A stretch of 58,190 nucleotides of DNA, taken from positions 62,001 to 120,190 of IMG/VR virus record IMGVR_UViG_3300027734_000046; one strand, written 5' to 3'. Under the pieces are notes generated by a model that was not told the origin of the DNA, did no database searches, and worked only from the letters and a program-made list of their open reading frames with translations. The position numbers and the translations under genes are program-made. This document shows, in pieces, positions 39,013 to 48,582 of this stretch (the first letter of the stretch is position 1; the number at the start of each line of letters is the position of its first letter). This DNA comes from an uncultured virus (IMG/VR IMGVR_UViG_3300027734_000046) (lineage: Duplodnaviria; Heunggongvirae; Uroviricota; Caudoviricetes).

Positions 39013-39776
39013 AAACTACCTGTTTATTAACAATCCATAATAAAGAATTTTTAGCTGAAAGGGTTTGTCAATCGTTAGTTAATAATCTATCAGAGAATAA
39101 CGACCAAATTATTGTTGTTTTTGATGGTTGTACAGACAATAGTGAAGCATTGGCTAGAAATGTTTTAGATAGCGTAACCAATAAAAAAATTGATTATGTA
39201 TATACCAACGATGTTTATGAGACAAAAGCTAATAATGCTGGTTTAAAATTAGTTCAAAACGATTACGTTGTACTTATTCAAGACGACATGGTTGTAAATG
39301 AAAATAATTTTGATACGCGAATGCTAGAACCTTTTTTAAAATTTAATGATGTGTTTGCTGTCACGTCATTTGTTGCTCATAATAACATATACAATGAAAT
39401 AACAAAACAAATAAACTATATTGATGTAGCAGCAAAAGATTCTTCGGAGAGAGATATTTTTTATGCTAGAGAATATGCTAATAGAGGACCTTTAATGTAT
39501 AATTTTAATGATGTTGTTAAACTTAATTTTTTGGATGAATATTTTGCACCACAAAATTATGATGATATGGACATCTCAATGAGAGCGTTTAAAGAACTTG
39601 GTAAAGTATCTGGATTATATTGGGTTGACTATACATCTGACCCTAGTTGGGGAACGACTAGACAAAAGAAAACATCATTATATAATGATTTAGTTTATAT
39701 TAACGCCGCAAAAATACTTGAAAAACATAAAGATTTGTTATACAGTAACAAATTTGTAGAAAATAGAAAAATGTAA
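39009..39776 (+). CDS. GT2 glycosyltransferase
   Basis: TIHNKE...IVVFDGCTDNS...NNAGLK...LIQDDM...LDEYF...YDDMDISMR. Confidence 0.85.
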   Translation: MKTTCLLTIHNKEFLAERVCQSLVNNLSENNDQIIVVFDGCTDNSEALARNVLDSVTNKKIDYVYTNDVYETKANNAGLKLVQNDYVVLIQDDMVVNENNFDTRMLEPFLKFNDVFAVTSFVAHNNIYNEITKQINYIDVAAKDSSERDIFYAREYANRGPLMYNFNDVVKLNFLDEYFAPQNYDDMDISMRAFKELGKVSGLYWVDYTSDPSWGTTRQKKTSLYNDLVYINAAKILEKHKDLLYSNKFVENRKM

Positions 39777-39778
39777 TT

Positions 39779-40369
39779 ATGAAAATTAAACCATCAGACG
39801 ATACACAATGGAGAGCCGAAAATGGTGATAATACTTATCGAATAAACTATAATTTAAATAATGAATCTGTTATTGTTGATTTAGGGGCTAGACATGGAGA
39901 CTGGTCAGACCTAATTAAACAAAAATACAACCCAAAAATTTATTGTTTTGAAGTGGTTCCAGAGTTTTGTAATCAATTAAAACACAAAGGGTATAATACT
40001 TTTTGTTCTGCCGTTTCAAATAAAAAAGAAAAAATAAAATTAGGTGTTTTTGAATCTGAAGCTTCTATATTCTATACTGAATCAGACTTTGAATGTGATG
40101 CTATTTCGGCTAGTGAAATTTTTAATCTTATCAAAAAAAATCATATAGATTTAATGAAAATAAATGTTGAGGGTGCTGAATATAAAATACTTAATGAATT
40201 AATTGATAACAAAAATATAGATAAAGTCGATAACATACAAGTACAATTCCATTTATTTGACAATTCTGAAAATGATGAATATGAAAAATTATCTGAAAAA
40301 CTATCAAAAACACATGAGATATCTTGGAGATTTCCATTTGTCTGGGAAAATTGGACATTAAAAAAATAA
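39779..40369 (+). CDS. FkbM-family SAM methyltransferase
   Basis: IVDLGARHG...YCFE...IDLMKINVEGAEY...IQVQFH. Confidence 0.85.
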   Translation: MKIKPSDDTQWRAENGDNTYRINYNLNNESVIVDLGARHGDWSDLIKQKYNPKIYCFEVVPEFCNQLKHKGYNTFCSAVSNKKEKIKLGVFESEASIFYTESDFECDAISASEIFNLIKKNHIDLMKINVEGAEYKILNELIDNKNIDKVDNIQVQFHLFDNSENDEYEKLSEKLSKTHEISWRFPFVWENWTLKK

Positions 40370-40375
40370 AAAAAT

Positions 40376-40960
40376 ATGATAAAAACACCAATTAAAAAAG
40401 AAAAATGGGTTGAAGCCCAAATAGAAGAAAAAATACATCACATGCACGAAAATGTTGATGCCTCAGTAAATAGATGGGGTGAAATATATAATTTTTATTT
40501 TAGATATTTAGACATTGATACTAATCTTGAAAATAAGACTATTTTAGAAATAGGTCCAGCTAAAATTGCTGCATTAATTTATTGTAATAATTATGGTCCT
40601 TCATTTATTGTTGAACCAACTAAATATGAAGATACTGAACATTTGTATGTTGATAAACCAATTACTTTTATTAGAGATACATATGAAGATTGCGAATCAC
40701 CTGTTGTTGATGAAATTTGGCTTTTTAATGTTTTACAACACATTGTAGACCCTGATTTGTTTATTGAAAAATGTAAAAAAAGTGCTAAAATAATTAAATT
40801 TTTTGAACCGATAAACACACCAATAGAAGTACATCACCCACATTCATTTACTTTTGATGAATATGTTAAATATTTTGGTGATTCTGTTAAATTATATAAC
40901 GGGTCCACAGAAATTTACCATACAGCAGATTGCGTATATGGTATTTATAAATGCCAATAA
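40376..40960 (+). CDS. Class I SAM-dependent methyltransferase
   Basis: ILEIGPA...VEP...DEIWLFNVLQHIVDP...FFEP. Confidence 0.7.
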   Translation: MIKTPIKKEKWVEAQIEEKIHHMHENVDASVNRWGEIYNFYFRYLDIDTNLENKTILEIGPAKIAALIYCNNYGPSFIVEPTKYEDTEHLYVDKPITFIRDTYEDCESPVVDEIWLFNVLQHIVDPDLFIEKCKKSAKIIKFFEPINTPIEVHHPHSFTFDEYVKYFGDSVKLYNGSTEIYHTADCVYGIYKCQ

Positions 40961-40973
40961 AAAATAAAATAAA

Positions 40974-41612
40974 ATGAAAACATATTCACAGTGTGGGCAA
41001 GATTTATTTGTCCTAAATCTTTTAAAAATTAAAAATGGTACTTTTTTAGATTTAGGTTGCTACTTGCCTAAAAATATCAATAACACATTTTTACTAGAAC
41101 AAAATGGTTGGGTTGGTATCTCATTAGATATTAACGATTATTCGAATGAATGGTCGGTTAGAAAAAATAAATTTATTCAATGTGATTGTTTAAATCAAGA
41201 TTATAATGAATTGTTAAGTAAGAATTATGATAGTAACGTAATCGATTATTTAACATTAGATATGGAGGCCTTAGGTGACAGATATGCATTATTAGATATT
41301 ATTTTAAAAACTAATTATGAATTTAAAATAATCACAATTGAACACGATTCACATTTAGGTCAACAATATGTTAATAATGAAAAAATACCGCAAAGAGAAT
41401 TACTAACAAAAATGGGTTACGACCTTGTTTGTGCCGATGTTTCACATAAGGATTACCCTAATGATTTTTACGAAGATTGGTGGGTCAATAAAAAATATTT
41501 TACAGAAAATGAATATAAGTCTTGGATTTCAAACAAAGAAAGTTTTGATAAAATCCTAAATAAAAATAATATAAATCATGAAAGTACTACCGAATCAATG
41601 TCGTGGTATTAA
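40974..41612 (+). CDS. FkbM/Methyltransf_21-like methyltransferase
   Basis: YSQCGQD...GTFLDLG...NNTFLLEQNGWVG...IDYLTLDME...ITIEHD...EDWWV. Confidence 0.8.
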   Translation: MKTYSQCGQDLFVLNLLKIKNGTFLDLGCYLPKNINNTFLLEQNGWVGISLDINDYSNEWSVRKNKFIQCDCLNQDYNELLSKNYDSNVIDYLTLDMEALGDRYALLDIILKTNYEFKIITIEHDSHLGQQYVNNEKIPQRELLTKMGYDLVCADVSHKDYPNDFYEDWWVNKKYFTENEYKSWISNKESFDKILNKNNINHESTTESMSWY

Positions 41613-41633
41613 TTAAAATTAACAATAAATAAA

Positions 41634-42659
41634 ATGAAAAGAATATTAGTACTAGGTGGTGGAGGATTTATTGGTGGACACTTAGCAAAAAAATTAAAAG
41701 ATGCGGGTCATTGGGTTAGAGTTGTTGACATTAAAAAACATGAATACTTTAAAACTGAAGAGTTCTGTAGTGAATTTATAATAGGTGATTTAAAAGATAG
41801 GATGCTAGTGTCTAGAGTTATGCTAAGCCCAACACAAACATCGTTAAACGATGCTGAAAATGCTTTTGATGAAGTATACCAGCTTGCTGCTGATATGGGT
41901 GGTGCTGGTTATATATTCACTGGTGAAAACGACTTTAACGTTATGCATAATTCATGTATGATTAATTTAAATGTTGTTGAGCATGCGGTTAAATTTAATG
42001 TTAAAAAATTATTTTATTCTTCATCAGCATGTATGTATCCAGAACATAATCAACTAGACCCAAATAACCCAAATTGCGAAGAAAGTTCAGCATATCCAGC
42101 AAATCCAGATTCTGAATATGGTTGGGAAAAATTATTTAGTGAAAGAATATATTTAACAGCTAATCGTAATTATAATTTAAATGTTAGAATTGCAAGATTT
42201 CATAATATATTCGGTCCTCAGGGTACTTGGAAAGGTGGTAAAGAAAAGGCACCTGCAGCTATGTGTAGAAAAGCTTGCGAAACACCTGATGGTGGTACTT
42301 TAGAAGTTTGGGGTGATGGAAGTCAAACACGCTCATTTTTATATATTGATGAATGTGTTGAGGCAGTATTACGATTAATGGACAGCGATTTTATCGGACC
42401 TGTAAATATTGGTTCTGAAGAAAAAGTTACAATTAATGAACTAGCTGAAATGGCGATTAAACTATCTGGTAAAAATATCCATATTAAAAACATATATGGT
42501 GAAGAGTTTATTCAAAAATACGGACACAAATGTCCACTTGGTGTAAAAGGAAGAAATTCTGACAATAAATTATACAAAGAAAAAATTGGATGGTCAGTAA
42601 ACGAACCGTTAATTAATGGGTTAACTAAAACATACCAATGGATAAAGACAATGAATTAA
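41634..42659 (+). CDS. GDP-mannose 3,5-epimerase-like extended SDR
   Basis: GGGGFIG, LAADMGGAGYI, YSSSACMYP, YGWEK, RFHNIFGP, GGKEKAPAAMCRK, WGDGSQTRSF, GVKGRNSDN. Confidence 0.88.
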   Translation: MKRILVLGGGGFIGGHLAKKLKDAGHWVRVVDIKKHEYFKTEEFCSEFIIGDLKDRMLVSRVMLSPTQTSLNDAENAFDEVYQLAADMGGAGYIFTGENDFNVMHNSCMINLNVVEHAVKFNVKKLFYSSSACMYPEHNQLDPNNPNCEESSAYPANPDSEYGWEKLFSERIYLTANRNYNLNVRIARFHNIFGPQGTWKGGKEKAPAAMCRKACETPDGGTLEVWGDGSQTRSFLYIDECVEAVLRLMDSDFIGPVNIGSEEKVTINELAEMAIKLSGKNIHIKNIYGEEFIQKYGHKCPLGVKGRNSDNKLYKEKIGWSVNEPLINGLTKTYQWIKTMN

Positions 42660-43264
42660 AACAAAAATTTGCAATTGTAGTACAAGGGCCATCGAATCAT
42701 GTTGAAGAAATAAAAAAAGCTTGGGATGGATTTACAATTATTTGGTCAACTTGGATTGGTGAAGAAAGTAAGTATAATTTTAATGATATTGTAATTTTTA
42801 ACGAATACCCACAAGACCGAGGTGTTAATAATTTAGGATTGCAAAAAATATCAACAATTGAAGGTATTAAAAAAGCAAAAGAATTAGGCTTTAAACATGT
42901 TTTAAAATGGAGAAGTGATTTAATACCAAATAATTCTAATGAATTAATAAAATCTTTTAAAGACAACCATTTGAATTTTTTATCTTGGCATATTGAAGGT
43001 GAATATTTTATTGATTACTTTTTAGGTGGTGGTATTGATGATGTCTATGAAGCATGGAATTTAAATACGACATCTGGTCCATTTCCTGAAAGAGTTATAA
43101 CAGATAATATTCTTGATAAGAAATTTAAAAATTTTAATTTTATTGCTAACGAATTATCTAAAGATAATGAAGTTTTTTGGCCAAAATATAATGTGTATCT
43201 TTCTAGTTATAATGGCCTACCAGGTAGCAATGTAGATGTTGTTAAATATAAAATTTTAGAATGA
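42638..43264 (+). CDS. WavE-like LPS/glycan synthesis protein
   Basis: IVVQGP...IIWSTW...NLGLQKISTIEG...LKWRSD. Confidence 0.65.
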   Translation: MDKDNELKQKFAIVVQGPSNHVEEIKKAWDGFTIIWSTWIGEESKYNFNDIVIFNEYPQDRGVNNLGLQKISTIEGIKKAKELGFKHVLKWRSDLIPNNSNELIKSFKDNHLNFLSWHIEGEYFIDYFLGGGIDDVYEAWNLNTTSGPFPERVITDNILDKKFKNFNFIANELSKDNEVFWPKYNVYLSSYNGLPGSNVDVVKYKILE

Positions 43265-44619
43265 TGATTAAATTAATTATTTTTGATTTAGATGGTGTTT
43301 TATTTGATGGTAAAGATATACATTTTGATACACTAAACGAAGCATTAGGTCCAGAATATTATATTGATTGGGGTGAACATTTAAGTAAATATGACGGACT
43401 TAAAACAATCCAAAAGCTTGAAATGTTAACAAAAGAAAAGGGGTTACCAATAAATAAATACGATGAAATTTGGAAAAATAAACAACGGCTCACCATTGAA
43501 AAAATAAAAAATATTAAGTCATCAACACAACTAAAAGTCTGCATCGATACTTTATCAAAAAAAGGTTATAAATTAGTTTGTTGTAGTAATAGTATTAGAA
43601 AAACAATATTAACTGTACTATCAAAATTAGAAATTATTGAATATTTTGATTTGATTCTTTCAAACGAAGATGTTAAAAATAGCAAACCACATCCAGAAAT
43701 TTATTGGAAAGCAATATCAATAATGGGTGTTATACCAGAAGAAACATTAATTATTGAAGATTCACCATATGGTTTATTGGCGGCAAGTAGAAGCAATTCT
43801 CATGTTATGAGAGTATCATCACCAAAAGATGTAACATATGATAATATATTTAAAAACTTAAATAAAGAAAAAATGAATATAATACCAAAATGGAAAGACG
43901 AAAAATTAAATATATTAATACCTATGGCTGGAGCTGGGAGTAGATTTGAAAATGCTGGTTACACATTTCCAAAACCACTTATTGATGTCAATGGAAAACC
44001 AATGATTCAATTAGTTGTTGAAAACCTAAATTTAGACGCGAACTATATTTACATTGTTCAAAAATCACATCGTCAAAAATACAATTTGGATACTTTATTA
44101 AATTTAATAACGCCAAATTGTAAAATAATTGATGTTGATGGGTTAACAGAAGGCGCAGCTTGCACCGCATTATTAGCTAAAGATTATATAAATAATCAAA
44201 ACCCTTTATTTTTTGCTAATTCAGACCAATTTGTTGAATGGGATTCAAATGAATTTATGTATAAAATGCAAGAGACAAATACCGATGGTGGTATTGTTAC
44301 ATTTAAATCAACGCATCCAAAATGGTCATTTGTTAAATTAAATACAAATACTAATTTAGTTGAAGAAGTTGCAGAAAAAAATCCAATATCTGATAATGCG
44401 ACTGTTGGTTATTATTATTGGAAACATGGTAGTGATTTTGTAAATTATGCCGAAAAAATGATTCAAAAAAACATACGTGTTAATAATGAATTTTATGTTT
44501 GCCCTGTATTTAATCAAGCAATCGAAGATAATAAAAAAATAAGAATTTTTAATGCCACAAAAATGTGGGGACTAGGTACACCAGAAGATTTAAAATATTT
44601 TTTAGAAAATAATAAATAA
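43261..44619 (+). CDS. HAD phosphatase fused to sugar-phosphate nucleotidyltransferase
   Basis: N-terminus IFDLDGVL...SN...KPHPEIY...IEDSPYG; C-terminus LIPMAGAGSRF...PKPLIDV...TEGAACT...NSDQ...EFYV...GLGTPEDL. Confidence 0.9.
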   Translation: MMIKLIIFDLDGVLFDGKDIHFDTLNEALGPEYYIDWGEHLSKYDGLKTIQKLEMLTKEKGLPINKYDEIWKNKQRLTIEKIKNIKSSTQLKVCIDTLSKKGYKLVCCSNSIRKTILTVLSKLEIIEYFDLILSNEDVKNSKPHPEIYWKAISIMGVIPEETLIIEDSPYGLLAASRSNSHVMRVSSPKDVTYDNIFKNLNKEKMNIIPKWKDEKLNILIPMAGAGSRFENAGYTFPKPLIDVNGKPMIQLVVENLNLDANYIYIVQKSHRQKYNLDTLLNLITPNCKIIDVDGLTEGAACTALLAKDYINNQNPLFFANSDQFVEWDSNEFMYKMQETNTDGGIVTFKSTHPKWSFVKLNTNTNLVEEVAEKNPISDNATVGYYYWKHGSDFVNYAEKMIQKNIRVNNEFYVCPVFNQAIEDNKKIRIFNATKMWGLGTPEDLKYFLENNK

Positions 44620-44640
44620 AACAAAACAAAACAAAAAAAA

Positions 44641-45249
44641 ATGGAAAAAAAGATTTATGTAGAAGTTGGTTCAAATACTGGAACCGATACACAACGATTT
44701 GTTAACGATGATTCAATAGTTTATTGCTTTGAGCCATCAATGGAATTATCGTTTAATTTATGGGAGCGATATAAACATCACGATAATGTAATTGTATTAC
44801 CTTTTGCTATTGATATTGAAAACAGTATTAAAAAATTTAACGTTGCTGGTACATCAAATTGGGGTTGCAGTAGTTTAAATAATTTTGATAGTAATATTGC
44901 ACATAAATGGCCAGGTAGACCTGATTTTATGTTTACCCATTCATATGTGGTACCAACAATAACACTTTACGATTTTATTAATTTATATAATATTGAACAC
45001 ATTGATTATCTGTGGATAGATGCCCAAGGTCATGATTTTAATGTTATTAAAAGCCTTAAAGATAAAATTAATATAGTAAAAGAAGGCAGATGCGAAGCCG
45101 CTCATAATGTTACGTTGTACGAAGGTGTTAATAACAATTATCAAGATATTATCGATTATTTAAGTAACTTTGGATTTGAATCAGAAATTGAATTAGACCG
45201 TTCTGGATTTGGTGCTGAATGTGATGTTTCATTTAAAAAAAGAATATGA
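44641..45249 (+). CDS. FkbM-family SAM methyltransferase
   Basis: VEVGSNTG...YCFEP...SSL...IDYLWIDAQGHD. Confidence 0.85.
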   Translation: MEKKIYVEVGSNTGTDTQRFVNDDSIVYCFEPSMELSFNLWERYKHHDNVIVLPFAIDIENSIKKFNVAGTSNWGCSSLNNFDSNIAHKWPGRPDFMFTHSYVVPTITLYDFINLYNIEHIDYLWIDAQGHDFNVIKSLKDKINIVKEGRCEAAHNVTLYEGVNNNYQDIIDYLSNFGFESEIELDRSGFGAECDVSFKKRI

Positions 45250-45695
45250 TATTAATATCACATAGAGGAAATACCATTGGGCCAATACCTAATTTGGAAA
45301 ATGAACCAAAATATATAGATAATGCAATTTCTGATGGTTTTGATGTTGAAGTTGATGTTTGGTGTATAAAAAATAAAGAAGATAATTGGCAATTATTTTT
45401 AGGTCATGATGAACCACAATATGGTATAAATTATGATTGGCTTTCTGATAGAATTGCAAATCTTTGGGTACATTGTAAAAATATCGAAGCTATTGAATTT
45501 TTTAAAAATACAAAAATTAATTATTTTTGGCATCAATATGATACATTAACACTAACATCAAACAAATATATTTGGGCGTATCCTGGAAAACAACCAATAA
45601 GTGGTAGCATTGCTGTTATGCCTGAAATTAATTCTGATAACATAACTAAATGTATTGGTGTTTGCTCTGATTATATAAAAAATTATAAAAAATGA
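45246..45695 (+). CDS. Minimal GDPD/PLC-like phosphodiesterase
   Basis: ISHRGN...EN...GFDVEVDVW...LGHD...WVHCKN...GVCSDY. Confidence 0.75.
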   Translation: MILISHRGNTIGPIPNLENEPKYIDNAISDGFDVEVDVWCIKNKEDNWQLFLGHDEPQYGINYDWLSDRIANLWVHCKNIEAIEFFKNTKINYFWHQYDTLTLTSNKYIWAYPGKQPISGSIAVMPEINSDNITKCIGVCSDYIKNYKK

Positions 45696-46696
45696 TATTA
45701 TTAACTTACGGGACTAGACCAGAATATATAAAAATTAAACCATTAATTAACGAAATGGTGAAACAAAATATATCATTTAAAACATTATTTACAGGTCAAC
45801 ATAAAGACATAGTAAATAATGATGCTGATTTTGTTTTAGATATGAAAAATTATGGTGAAAATAGATTGGATAATATTATACAAAATTGTATGAATATGCC
45901 GTCAAGCTGGTTTGATGGGATTGACTATATTTTAGTTCAAGGCGATACAACATCGGTTACTGGATTAGCGCTAGCGGCACTACATAGAAAAATAAAATTA
46001 ATACATCTAGAAGCTGGCCTTAGAACATATGACACCGAAAATCCTTACCCCGAAGAAAATAATAGACGAATCGTTTCAACAATTGCTGACATACATCTAT
46101 GTCCAACAGAGCAAAATAAAATTAATTTATTAAACGAAAACATTCCTGAGAATAAAATATATGTTGTTGGTAATACTGGTTTAGATAATTTATTAAATTT
46201 AAACTATGAAATAAAATACGATAATAAAATTTTAATAACTCTTCATAGACGTGAAAATCATGAAAAAATGGATGAGTGGTTTATTGCTTTAAACAATATT
46301 GCAAAAAGATACAAAGATTACGAATTTATATTACCAATACATCCAAACCCAAATGTTCAAAAACATAAACATTTGTTAACAGACATTAAAGTTATCAACC
46401 CATTAAATCATGAAGAACTTATAAAATATTTATTTACTATAAAATTAGTTATTACCGATAGCGGTGGTATACAAGAAGAATGTAGTTTTTTAAACAAAAA
46501 ATGTTTGGTTTGTCGAAAAATAACAGAAAGACCAGAATCGGTAGGTTTAACCAGTTTTTTAGTTGATGAACCAGAAAATTTATATGGGCTGTTTGAAGAA
46601 CATATTAAATCAGCAACATCAATGGATGACCAAAAATGTCCATTCGGTGACGGAAAATCATCCGAAAGAATTTGTAATATTTTTAGATATTTATAG
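45692..46696 (+). CDS. wecB: UDP-N-acetylglucosamine 2-epimerase (non-hydrolysing)
   Basis: GTRPEYIK, TGQH, VQGDTTS, HLEAGLRT, PEENNR, TLHRREN, HPNP, TDSGGIQEE, TERPE, PFGDG. Confidence 0.95.
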   Translation: MILLTYGTRPEYIKIKPLINEMVKQNISFKTLFTGQHKDIVNNDADFVLDMKNYGENRLDNIIQNCMNMPSSWFDGIDYILVQGDTTSVTGLALAALHRKIKLIHLEAGLRTYDTENPYPEENNRRIVSTIADIHLCPTEQNKINLLNENIPENKIYVVGNTGLDNLLNLNYEIKYDNKILITLHRRENHEKMDEWFIALNNIAKRYKDYEFILPIHPNPNVQKHKHLLTDIKVINPLNHEELIKYLFTIKLVITDSGGIQEECSFLNKKCLVCRKITERPESVGLTSFLVDEPENLYGLFEEHIKSATSMDDQKCPFGDGKSSERICNIFRYL

Positions 46697-46705
46697 TAAA
46701 AATAC

Positions 46706-47554
46706 ATGAACAAAAAAAGCACAGATAGAAAACCAAAAACAAGAAGAAATGCTGATATTGAACTATCAGCATTTTCTGAATCTAACGGTGAAACAACCCC
46801 AAAAAAAGAAGTCTTATCAACAATTAGACTTGAAATAAAACATAAAAACGAGACACAAAAAAAGTTAACACAAGCAATAAAAAAGAACGATGTTACAATA
46901 TGCGCTGGACCCGCTGGTACAGGCAAAACCCTGCTTAGTGTATTTGAAGCTTTGCTATTGTTGAAAACCTATCCAGAAAAATATAAAGAAATCAAGTTGG
47001 TTAAATCAATAACACAACTTAAAAATGAAGACCTTGGTATACTGCCTGGTGATGAGAAAGAAAAAATGAAATTTCTCATGATGTCTTATTTAGATGCTTT
47101 TTATAAAATTATTGGCGAAGGTCTTACAAATAAACTAATTGATTCTGGGTTAATTAAAATGGAGGTTTTTGGTGCTATACGTGGAAGGTCTTTTACAAAC
47201 TGCATTATATTAGTTGACGAATTTCAAAACATTACCCACGATAATGCAAAAACATTCCTAACTAGATTTTCAGACGATACAAAGGTTATTGTTTTAGGTG
47301 ATACGGGTCAAATTGATTTAAAAAATAAAAAAGATAGTTCATTAGAAAGATTAATTGAAAGGGTAAATTTAACACCAATCGAAGGCGTTGGAGTTGTTGA
47401 ATTTAATGAATCAGAAACTGTTAGACACAGACTTACTAGCTACTTTATTAACGTATTTAAAGAACCAGAACAACCCAAACAAGAACAGCAACAAAACAAA
47501 AAAAATACAAAAAAATCTATTTTTAAAAGTTTTATCGATTTATTTAAAAAATAA
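46706..47554 (+). CDS. phoH: PhoH-family ATPase
   Basis: GPAGTGKT, LGILPGD..EK, IRGRSF, ILVDEFQN, LTR, GDTGQIDL, VRH. Confidence 0.93.
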   Translation: MNKKSTDRKPKTRRNADIELSAFSESNGETTPKKEVLSTIRLEIKHKNETQKKLTQAIKKNDVTICAGPAGTGKTLLSVFEALLLLKTYPEKYKEIKLVKSITQLKNEDLGILPGDEKEKMKFLMMSYLDAFYKIIGEGLTNKLIDSGLIKMEVFGAIRGRSFTNCIILVDEFQNITHDNAKTFLTRFSDDTKVIVLGDTGQIDLKNKKDSSLERLIERVNLTPIEGVGVVEFNESETVRHRLTSYFINVFKEPEQPKQEQQQNKKNTKKSIFKSFIDLFKK

Positions 47555-47555
47555 C

Positions 47556-47583
47556 TTGACTTTATTCTTATAATTACTATCAT
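47556..47583 (+). promoter_or_regulatory. Sigma70-like promoter
   Basis: TTGACT-16 nt-TATCAT ending 6 nt before the ATG at 47590 (transcript would be nearly leaderless). Confidence 0.5.
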
Positions 47584-47589
47584 TCTACC

Positions 47590-48192
47590 ATGAATATAGG
47601 TATATCAATAAATGAAGTTTTAAGAGATTTTTTAGGTCAGTTATTATACACATACGACAAGTATATTGAAAAAACTGATATTAAAGAAACAGAAATTACC
47701 AGTCTAAACTTAACAGAATTTTTAAAATTCGAGAGCGTAGACGAATGTAATAAGTTTTTATATTTAGAAGCACCCCTAGAAATCTTTGGCCATGCAGATT
47801 TAAAATTTGATGGCGTAATGGCTCACTTTAATAATCTTTTAATGGACATTAAAGATGAGGAAGAACACCAAATTATTTTGGTTGGTAAAGAAATAAACAA
47901 AAGCATCCCATCAACATTTTTCTTTTTATCCAAAACTGGATGTAGAGCAGAAAAAATAAATTTTGTTCAAAACGCAATAAACGAATGGGATAATGTTGAT
48001 TTATTAATTACCGCAAACCCAGATGCGCTTCAAAATAAACCGAACGGTAAAATTAGCGTAAAGGTTAAAGCACCATACAACGAAAATGTATCCGCCGATT
48101 ACGAAATCGATTCTATTTTAGATTTTATTAAAGACCAAGACTTAAGAGATAAAATCATAAATTCAAAAATAACAACTTACGAAGAAATTTAA
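47590..48192 (+). CDS. 5'(3')-nucleotidase-like HAD-fold protein with degenerate motif I
   Basis: MNIGISINEVLRDF versus canonical IGIDIDGVLRDF; PSTFFFL; KAPYN; DYEIDSI. Confidence 0.6.
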   Translation: MNIGISINEVLRDFLGQLLYTYDKYIEKTDIKETEITSLNLTEFLKFESVDECNKFLYLEAPLEIFGHADLKFDGVMAHFNNLLMDIKDEEEHQIILVGKEINKSIPSTFFFLSKTGCRAEKINFVQNAINEWDNVDLLITANPDALQNKPNGKISVKVKAPYNENVSADYEIDSILDFIKDQDLRDKIINSKITTYEEI

Positions 48193-48195
48193 ACT

Positions 48196-48555
48196 ATGTT
48201 AGAATTTGGTGACTCAGTCTTTTATATAGACTTAAAAGCTTTTGACAAAGCCATTACTATTATTGATGGTAAAAACCCAGAAGATTTAAATGTAGAAACA
48301 GAAACAAAAACAACACTAAATGAAAAAGGTGAAATTTTAATGAGTGAAGTGTTTCAAAGAACAAGCCAAAGAGGTAAAGAAATTGATGCAACAAAATATG
48401 ATTTACTTAAAACATTTATTGAGTACATTATAGATTATGAAGACGAAAGCGACGACACACTAGGTGCCGACAGAGCGCTATCTCAAACACCTCTAGGATA
48501 TAAAATAGTATTTAATACCTTATTAAAGGAGAATATATTAAAAGAAAAACCATAA
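48196..48555 (+). CDS. Hypothetical phage protein
   Basis: 119-aa acidic ORF in operon. Confidence 0.75.
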   Translation: MLEFGDSVFYIDLKAFDKAITIIDGKNPEDLNVETETKTTLNEKGEILMSEVFQRTSQRGKEIDATKYDLLKTFIEYIIDYEDESDDTLGADRALSQTPLGYKIVFNTLLKENILKEKP

Positions 48556-48582
48556 TAAAAAATAAAAATAAAAAAAAAAGAA

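Noticed and set aside
44617..44640. (AAAAC)n and poly-A tracts as phase-variation sites
   Set aside because: Intergenic A-rich leaders precede many genes here and are adequately explained as translation-initiation regions.
46408..46926. 172-aa minus-strand ORF across wecB and phoH
   Set aside because: Antisense to two well-supported genes, with no recognisable motifs.
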